NCBI GenBank assembly: GCA_902536555.1
Contig: CACAXR010000003.1
Coordinates: 7,365-71,364, forward strand
Direction of reading: 5' to 3'
Length of the DNA stretch: 64,000 nucleotides
Source of the DNA: an uncultured Prochlorococcus sp.
GTDB lineage: Bacteria > Cyanobacteriota > Cyanobacteriia > PCC-6307 > Cyanobiaceae
Part shown: one piece after another, positions 57,261-64,000 of the stretch
Layout: the number at the start of each line of letters is the position of its first letter
Position numbering within the stretch: position 1 is the stretch's first letter
Notes under the pieces: generated by a model
Told to the model about the DNA's origin: nothing
The model's input: the letters and a program-made list of their open reading frames with translations, nothing else
Databases searched by the model: none
Position numbers and translations under genes: made by a program

Positions 57261-59075
57261 TTAAACTTTTATTTTTATTAAATGATTAAAAACATGCTCA
57301 CCAGGTTGTATTTGGCCATTTAAGCATAACGTTTTTCTCAATATTCTTCTACCAAATCCATCTGCTATCCATTTAGTTTCCCAAAAATAACTGAATAAAT
57401 GTTTTTGATTTAATTTATTTATCATTTCAGTCATTAAATTTTCTTTTTGATTAGGTCCCAAATGCCAAAATGATCTCCAATTCATTTTTCTTTTGCATTT
57501 GACATAATCATTTATCTCCAAAGTAACAAATTTTTTATTTGTATTTTTATATATCAATTCTCGATAATGTGTTGCTTGATAATTATTGTAAGAATCATTA
57601 CTGCCGATGAGATAAAAAAAATTATTCGATTCTTGCCTACATTCTCTGTAAATCACATTGGCCTTTCTTGCTGCTCTGAAACTATCCCAACATTCAACTG
57701 AATCTATCCAATAAGTGTTTTTAAAAGAACATTTATTAATTTTTCTTTTTGGTATTCCGAGTTGAAAAATATTATGGGCACTAGAAGATCTTTCAAATCC
57801 TCTCAAACAGCCTTTCTGATATATACTGGTTCCAGTTTCAGCAATTAAAGGTTTACCATCTTTATATATATCGAAGGTTAGTTGGTCAGAATGTACATGG
57901 CCAGGTAAATGTTTAGGGCACGGTGTCCCACATTTAAAAATTATCTCTATGTCTTTACGAGGTCTTAAAATTATCCATCCTGTATCAACTAAATCCGTCA
58001 AGGATGAATTATTAAATGGTTCAATTTTTTTTTGATTTATTTGTATTACTAAATTTAATCTGGTTATATTAGCTCTAAATGAATTACAAGCTAGAGGTCT
58101 TTGATTTAAATAAGAATTTGCAAAACTTTTTACTACATCTATTCTTTCACATGCATCAATAGCACTGTCATTAAACGTAGGGAAGTAACCATTTTGCAAA
58201 GAAACCTTTTCAGCCCATAAAAGCATTTTTTCTAAACATTTAATTAACCAGCCAGGCCTCCTGTAATTTGTTTTCTCGAGAACGAAACCAGTTTCAATCA
58301 ATCTGTCCATTAATAAAATATGATAACTAGCACTTCTTTCCTCATGTCCGCCATCATTTAGAATTTGTTTTTTTAATTCAATTTCTAACTTTAATAATGC
58401 TTTTTTAAAAATCTTTTGTGACTTTTTATTATTAAATTGACTTGAACCAATAATTAAAGCTGTTAGGTTTTCTATAAGATGGTTACCTCCTAAATGATCT
58501 TCAATATGATTATTTAGCCAACATATTTGTTCCCACAAAGAATTTATTCTTTTTTTAGATATCAATATAGGAAAAAATCGAAATATCCAAATCCAATTCC
58601 TCACTCGAAGTGAAATTGTATAACTATGCCAACCTACCCCATTCCCAGGAGGATTAGTATCAATCCAATTATCAATTAATTTTTCTATGTAATGAGAACC
58701 TTCTGTCCAAACTCCCTTTTCTATTCTTTTTTCAATTAGATCTCTCGCCCAGTCAAAATAATGCAAATTAAAGTTCCAAAGTGTACTTCTACAATTTTCA
58801 TTCCAATTTATTGGATAAGCCATTGAATATTTTTCATTTAAAAAATTGAATTCTACAGAAAATTTATGAGATTCAAATTTATTAGGTTTATCAAATTTTG
58901 AAATCGATAATATTTCATATTCTTTATTAAAAGAAGGATAATTGCGTCCCGTATTGCACAAGAAAAAAAGCATAAAATTCACGGGCAGCTTTCTTTCAAT
59001 AATTTTTCTTAATTCATAATTAATTCTCCCTAATATGCGAAGCAATCCAACATCTATTAAAGTTTTAAGGTACAT
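57261..59075 (-). CDS. Heparinase II/III-family protein
   Basis: WNFNLHYFDW, GNHLIEN, DGGHEERSASYH, GHVHSD, SSAHN. Confidence 0.88.
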   Translation of the reverse strand: MYLKTLIDVGLLRILGRINYELRKIIERKLPVNFMLFFLCNTGRNYPSFNKEYEILSISKFDKPNKFESHKFSVEFNFLNEKYSMAYPINWNENCRSTLWNFNLHYFDWARDLIEKRIEKGVWTEGSHYIEKLIDNWIDTNPPGNGVGWHSYTISLRVRNWIWIFRFFPILISKKRINSLWEQICWLNNHIEDHLGGNHLIENLTALIIGSSQFNNKKSQKIFKKALLKLEIELKKQILNDGGHEERSASYHILLMDRLIETGFVLEKTNYRRPGWLIKCLEKMLLWAEKVSLQNGYFPTFNDSAIDACERIDVVKSFANSYLNQRPLACNSFRANITRLNLVIQINQKKIEPFNNSSLTDLVDTGWIILRPRKDIEIIFKCGTPCPKHLPGHVHSDQLTFDIYKDGKPLIAETGTSIYQKGCLRGFERSSSAHNIFQLGIPKRKINKCSFKNTYWIDSVECWDSFRAARKANVIYRECRQESNNFFYLIGSNDSYNNYQATHYRELIYKNTNKKFVTLEINDYVKCKRKMNWRSFWHLGPNQKENLMTEMINKLNQKHLFSYFWETKWIADGFGRRILRKTLCLNGQIQPGEHVFNHLIKIKV

Positions 59076-59078
59076 AAT

Positions 59079-60287
59079 TTATGCAAATATTCCACAAAGA
59101 TCAATAATTGGTTTACCCATATAATCGCAATTTTTAAATTCCTTATGAGCAACTAAAATCACTATAATATCCGATTCTTTTATTACATCCTTATAACTAA
59201 TTAAATCGAATCCTTTTAAATAATCAACATAAGGATCAGAAATCAAAATTTTCGAATAATTATTAGAAAGATAATTTACAATTCTAATTGCAGGAGATTC
59301 TCTAATATCATCAATATCTGGTTTATATGTAAGCCCTAGACAGCCAACTTGTGGACAATTATAATTATTTTTTTCAAAATCTTTTATAGATTTTAAAATC
59401 TTACTTATAGACCATTCTGTTTTTTTATTATTTACATTTCTTGAAGTTTGAATTAAAAGAGTTTGAGAAGGCAGATGAGATGCAATAAACCATGGATCGA
59501 TTGATATACAATGGCCACCAACCCCACAACCTGGCTTCAAAATATCAACTCTTGGATGTCTATTTGCGAGTTTTATCAGTTCGAATACATCTACATCTAG
59601 ATCATCGCAAATAATTGACATTTCATTTGCAAAAGCAATATTTACATCTCTATAGGCATTTTCAGTTAATTTAATTAATTCAGCTGTCTGTGAATTGGTT
59701 TCTAGTATTTTCCCTTTAGAAAAGTTTCTATAAAACTCTTTTGTTATAGAAGTTGCTCTTTTATTAAAACCTCCTACTACCCTATCATTATTAACTAATT
59801 CTTTTAAAGTATTACCTGGAATGGCTCTCTCTGGACAATATGCAAAATTTAAAAGATTTTTATTTATACCTGAAATATTTGATATTAATGTTGCAATTTT
59901 TTTTGTAGTACCAACTGGACAAGTAGATTCAATTATTACTAAATCATCTTCTTTAATTTTCTTTGCAATTTCTTCAGCAGCCCCTAAAACATAACTAATA
60001 TCAGGTTTTGGAATTCCACTTTCTGAATTTAAAAGAGGAGTTGGTACAGCAATTATATAAATATCAGAGGGTACTAATTCTTTATAAGCTTTAAACTTAT
60101 TAAATTCAATTAATTCTTTTAATAGATTCTCAAGTCCAGGCTCTTTAAAGTCAATAAGTCCCTTATTGATAAGTTCTACTCTAGTTTTGTTAATGTCATA
60201 TCCACTAATAGATATATTTGATTTTGCTATTACTGCTGCCGTTGGTAACCCAATATAACCTAAACCGACAACACAACAACTCTTCAT
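59079..60287 (-). CDS. wecC: UDP-N-acetyl-D-mannosamine dehydrogenase (nucleotide-sugar dehydrogenase)
   Basis: GLGYIGLPTA, CPER, KLTENAYRDVNIAFANE, GVGGHCI, DDIRESP. Confidence 0.88.
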   Translation of the reverse strand: MKSCCVVGLGYIGLPTAAVIAKSNISISGYDINKTRVELINKGLIDFKEPGLENLLKELIEFNKFKAYKELVPSDIYIIAVPTPLLNSESGIPKPDISYVLGAAEEIAKKIKEDDLVIIESTCPVGTTKKIATLISNISGINKNLLNFAYCPERAIPGNTLKELVNNDRVVGGFNKRATSITKEFYRNFSKGKILETNSQTAELIKLTENAYRDVNIAFANEMSIICDDLDVDVFELIKLANRHPRVDILKPGCGVGGHCISIDPWFIASHLPSQTLLIQTSRNVNNKKTEWSISKILKSIKDFEKNNYNCPQVGCLGLTYKPDIDDIRESPAIRIVNYLSNNYSKILISDPYVDYLKGFDLISYKDVIKESDIIVILVAHKEFKNCDYMGKPIIDLCGIFA

Positions 60288-62422
60288 TTTTTTAATTTTT
60301 TTATACCTAATAATAATTCATGGACCTCAAATATTTCTTCAATTGAAATTGGTGATTCTTTACCTTTTTTCACAGATTCTAAAAATGATCTTACACAATC
60401 TAAATTACCTTTATTTTGAATAAATGTTCTTTTATTAAACCTACTACTTATTCCCCAACATTTAATTTTTTTAAAATTATCAAGAATGATAACAGAATTA
60501 TTTGAGAAAACTTCTATTCTCTCTTTTGGGAATGATTTGGAGCCATTTGAGAAATAATTTATATTTCCTATGTCGCCAGATTCAAATTCTAAATTTATGC
60601 AAAAAGTGTCAGATATATCCAAATTACTTTTTGACTTTGAAATATTAAAAGTTTTTATTTTGCTCCCCGCCAAAAAACGAAGCATATCAACAAAATGACA
60701 AGCCTCGCCAATTAATCTGCCTCCTCCAATTGCTGGATTATTAATCCAATTTTCTGGAGGAATAGCTCCTGCATTTATGGTATAAATAAAGGCTTTTGGA
60801 GATGAGAATTTATCAATAATATTTTTTAATTTAACAGCTAATGGTGCGAACCTTCTATTAAAACCTATCATCAAAATAGGTGAGTTTCCTTTGTTAACTT
60901 TTACATTATCAGAGTAGCTTTTCTTTATTTTATTTAAATCATTCAAATTAAGACATAATGGTTTTTCAACAAAAATATTTTTATTTCTCTTAATGGATTC
61001 AATAACATAATCCGCATGCGAATCATGCCTACTTGCTATAAAAATTATATTTGCATCCTTATCATTAATTAATTCATAAGAATTTGTCGTTATTTCTGAG
61101 AAATTATACTTTCGGCCGATTAAAGCCGCATCTAATCCATTGTTAGAAGATAATTTTCTTAATTCAACATTTAATTTATTTAATGATGGTATTAATACTC
61201 TTTTGGCATAATTACCAGCTCCTATAAAATTTACAATTGCATTTTGAGGTTTGTATTTAATTTTTTTTGATTTATTTTGTGAAAGAAAGATACTATTACT
61301 TAATTTAATTTGATCTTTCTTGAAAACCAGTAAAATTCCCAGTACAGATTTATTTGAATTAAGAATCTCAAATGCTTCTGATGATTTTAAAAAATCAATT
61401 TTATGAGATATAAGATTTTCAGTTTTTATTGATTTATTTTTAATTGCTTTTAAAACAGATTCGAAATTTCTTTTTTCTGTCCACCTTACAAAGCCTAAAG
61501 GATAATCTTTTCCTTCTTTTTCATAAACCTTATCATATCTTCCTGGTCCATAAGAACAACTTACTTGAAAGGTTATCTCCTTCTTGTAAAAAAGATCTCT
61601 TCTTAAGTCTAGTCCAGTTACTCCAACAAGAATTATTCTGCCTCTTTGTCTACATGCTCTTGCAGAAAAATTTACTGGTTCATTTGAATTAGTAGAAGCT
61701 GTAATTATTGCAGCATCGATTCCTACACCATCTGTATTATCTAAAATCCATGATAATGGATCATTATTTTCATCTAGTTGAAAAGTCTTTACTCCTAAAG
61801 CTTCGGCAAGTTTGCACTTTTTCCCATCTGGATCAATTCCTAAAACTTTACATCCATTTGCCTTTAATATTTGGACTCCCAATAATCCTATTAAACCAAG
61901 TCCACTAACTAAAAATGTTTCGCCAAATGTGGGATTAGAAAGTCTGATTCCTTGTAGAGCAATAGAACTCAAAACTGTAAAAGCAGCTTCTTCATCATTA
62001 ACTGAATCGGGAATGATTGAACAAAGATTATGTGGTACTAAAATTATCTCTGAATGAGGACCATTTGAAACAACTCTATCTCCTATTTTAAATCCACTGA
62101 CTCCTGAACCAATTCCTATTACTTCTCCAACATTAGAGTTACCTATAGGAATAGAACTATCTAATTTGTTAATTACTGATTCATAGGTTGAAATTATTCC
62201 ATCACTTTTTATTTTATCTAAGACCTCTTTAACTCTATCTGGTTGACTTTTGGCCTTATTAAAAATATTAGATTTAGAAAAATTATATATTGCTCTTTCA
62301 GTTCCAGAGGAAATTAAAGAACATCTTGTTCTAATTAACAAACATCCTTTTTGAATTTTTGGTACAGGAACTTCTAATGTAGATATATCCCCCGTCGATA
62401 AATTTAAGGTGAGTTGTCTCAT
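60284..62422 (-). CDS. Bi-domain oxidoreductase (MDR/Zn-ADH-like plus Gfo/Idh/MocA)
   Basis: SLISSGTE, GLGLIG, SYGPGRYD..YE, RWTEKRN; second domain GAGNY, VEKP, GFNRRF, GEACHFVD. Confidence 0.9.
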   Translation of the reverse strand: MRQLTLNLSTGDISTLEVPVPKIQKGCLLIRTRCSLISSGTERAIYNFSKSNIFNKAKSQPDRVKEVLDKIKSDGIISTYESVINKLDSSIPIGNSNVGEVIGIGSGVSGFKIGDRVVSNGPHSEIILVPHNLCSIIPDSVNDEEAAFTVLSSIALQGIRLSNPTFGETFLVSGLGLIGLLGVQILKANGCKVLGIDPDGKKCKLAEALGVKTFQLDENNDPLSWILDNTDGVGIDAAIITASTNSNEPVNFSARACRQRGRIILVGVTGLDLRRDLFYKKEITFQVSCSYGPGRYDKVYEKEGKDYPLGFVRWTEKRNFESVLKAIKNKSIKTENLISHKIDFLKSSEAFEILNSNKSVLGILLVFKKDQIKLSNSIFLSQNKSKKIKYKPQNAIVNFIGAGNYAKRVLIPSLNKLNVELRKLSSNNGLDAALIGRKYNFSEITTNSYELINDKDANIIFIASRHDSHADYVIESIKRNKNIFVEKPLCLNLNDLNKIKKSYSDNVKVNKGNSPILMIGFNRRFAPLAVKLKNIIDKFSSPKAFIYTINAGAIPPENWINNPAIGGGRLIGEACHFVDMLRFLAGSKIKTFNISKSKSNLDISDTFCINLEFESGDIGNINYFSNGSKSFPKERIEVFSNNSVIILDNFKKIKCWGISSRFNKRTFIQNKGNLDCVRSFLESVKKGKESPISIEEIFEVHELLLGIKKLKK

Positions 62423-62526
62423 AACTTATAATTAAATAATTTAAAAAAATCTTTTACCTTAAATTCAATAATCAAATATCAATTTATGTATTTACATCAA
62501 TATTATACATTAGTGATCTAATAGAA

Positions 62527-63159
62527 TTAATTTATCCAATTATTATATTTTTTAATCAGATGAGATACTAATTTTGATATCAAATAAATTAAAGTAATTG
62601 AATAGATAAAATTCATAAAAGTATTATTAAGTATATTTATATCAAGCTCCGAAGAATCTAATTCAGTGAAATTTCTACCAACTAAATTATTTGATTTAAT
62701 AGCTAAATAGTAAATTATATTCCAAGGGATTTGAGTTAATGTAGTTACTAACAAAAATTTTGTTAATGGATATCGAATTAAACCGCAAAATACATTTGTA
62801 ATTTTAAATGAAAATATGGCAGAGAGTCTAAAAAGAAAAAAATCTAAATAAGATGTATTTCTAACTTTTTTTGCAAATTTTTTAAGTAAATTTCTTTTTT
62901 TACCAATCCTTCGAATTGTAAAAAATTTGAATTTTTTAAAAATTTTTATTTGAGTAAGTTTATAAATTCTCGTGGCAAAAATATATTGAATATAAGAAGC
63001 AAAAACTGATCCAGTAATTGTAGAAATAAATGCAAATATAAAATTATTACTTATATAGTTGAAAATTGTTAGTGGCAATGATGGTAATGGTAAAGATGAA
63101 TTTAAAGTAATAGCTATTACAAAAAATAAAAATCTAAATATATTATTACTTTCAACCAT
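62527..63159 (-). CDS. DedA/VTT (TVP38/TMEM64)-family membrane protein
   Basis: LPLPSLP, GSVFASYIQY, RLSAIFSF..TNVFCG, FLLVT...IPW. Confidence 0.7.
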   Translation of the reverse strand: MVESNNIFRFLFFVIAITLNSSLPLPSLPLTIFNYISNNFIFAFISTITGSVFASYIQYIFATRIYKLTQIKIFKKFKFFTIRRIGKKRNLLKKFAKKVRNTSYLDFFLFRLSAIFSFKITNVFCGLIRYPLTKFLLVTTLTQIPWNIIYYLAIKSNNLVGRNFTELDSSELDINILNNTFMNFIYSITLIYLISKLVSHLIKKYNNWIN

Positions 63160-64000
63160 TATTTATTAAAAATAAGTCATTTTTATCTTCTAAAATTTGA
63201 TTTATATCTTTTGTTTTCAAGATTTCACTTATTAATACGCCATTTAAAGTAAAAAGATATGTCCAAGGATAAGATATTGTAGGATTAGAAAATAAAGTGG
63301 ATAAATAACCTCCATAGCTAAGTGCCAATAATAGGCTTAAGCCATCTGATTTCCAAGCCAAAATAAACAAATTTCTTAAATAAATAAAAATTAATAAAAG
63401 AAAAGGAATTGCAAAAATACCTAATTGAACTATAACTCCTAAGATTATAATTTCAGTACCGTATGACATACCTTTGTTGGCAATTTCAGAACCTAATCCA
63501 TTTCCTAGAATTGAAATTTTCTCAAAAATTATAGGAATTTGAATTAACCTTTTATAACCAAAATAATTAATAAAATATTTATAAATATAAGGAGCTATTA
63601 CAATTAATAGGAAAAAAAATAAAGATATAAATTTAATCCGATATCTTTTGAGCTTTGCAAAAGAATATAATAATAAAGAGAAGACCAAATATAATATTGA
63701 AGCATTTCCAAAATAGGCAAGAATTGTTACCCATATAAACCAAAATATTGATAATAAAGTATATTTTTTAAAAAATCCATAGAATGTCAAAGTCAATCTG
63801 GAGTTTAGTATATTAAATTTTTCTAATATTTTTTGAAAAGAATTCCTCTCAAATGCAAACGCAATAGAAAAAAACAAGCATGAAAAAAACATAAATGAAG
63901 AATAAAAGTAAGTATAAGCAAATAAATTTCTGTTGAATTCGTTATTAAAAAAAACATTGAATATTGAGAGAAGAGATGGCAAACCAATTATTGCAAACGG
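63152..64000 (-). CDS. Polytopic membrane protein, Wzy/O-antigen ligase-like (5'-truncated by the window edge)
   Basis: Many TM segments, ILGNGLG...E..ILG..VQLGIF motif; frame open to position 64000. Confidence 0.6.
   Translation of the reverse strand, partial: PFAIIGLPSLLSIFNVFFNNEFNRNLFAYTYFYSSFMFFSCLFFSIAFAFERNSFQKILEKFNILNSRLTLTFYGFFKKYTLLSIFWFIWVTILAYFGNASILYLVFSLLLYSFAKLKRYRIKFISLFFFLLIVIAPYIYKYFINYFGYKRLIQIPIIFEKISILGNGLGSEIANKGMSYGTEIIILGVIVQLGIFAIPFLLLIFIYLRNLFILAWKSDGLSLLLALSYGGYLSTLFSNPTISYPWTYLFTLNGVLISEILKTKDINQILEDKNDLFLINNG

Larger units (their letters stand above)
50900..64000. other. Surface polysaccharide/LPS biosynthesis island
   Basis: Contiguous glycosyltransferase, nucleotide-sugar and methyltransferase genes, visibly more AT-rich than the core. 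Confidence 0.9.

Noticed and set aside
694-62057. Many short ORF-track calls antisense to or nested in known genes (e.g. 694-903, 5119-5346, 17530-17817, 33141-33476, 44117-44452, 45845-46111, 61444-62057)
   Set aside because: Shadow frames of well-supported genes with no motifs of their own
1-64000. tRNA, tmRNA, rRNA, CRISPR array, integrase or tycheposon hallmark genes
   Set aside because: No T-loop/cloverleaf, regularly spaced repeats or recombinase motifs seen by eye; tRNAscan-SE and CRISPR finders would be needed to exclude them fully

Overview
AT-rich picocyanobacterial DNA, almost certainly high-light Prochlorococcus (psbD-psbC, ycf4, petM, Prochlorococcus-type hli genes, core gene order ychF-polA-cysS-dxr-pntAB-trxB-infA-ilvN-ycf4-psbDC-maf-cobQ). 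There are three zones. (1) About 1-26.3 kb is a hypervariable island: an accessory sdhCAB succinate dehydrogenase operon, orphan sugar-modifying genes, a SRAP/YedK gene, a putative Cu/metal operon (MauE-DUF411-DUF3721-PepSY), an NSS transporter, SelO, four hli genes, a DUF3764 pseudogene and many micro-ORFs missed by the ORF track. It also holds a glutamine (Downstream-peptide type) riboswitch and a divergent pair of mutually complementary putative small RNAs (9185-9375), which is the strongest candidate for an uncharacterised system. (2) About 26.3-50.8 kb is core genome. (3) From about 50.9 kb to the end is a very AT-rich surface-polysaccharide/LPS island (GT2, UGM-like flavoprotein, GT-C, FkbM, AKR, heparinase II/III, WecC, bi-domain oxidoreductase, DedA, Wzy-like). 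I saw no tRNA, rRNA, integrase, transposase or CRISPR array. All assignments come from motif recognition by eye; no database searches were run.
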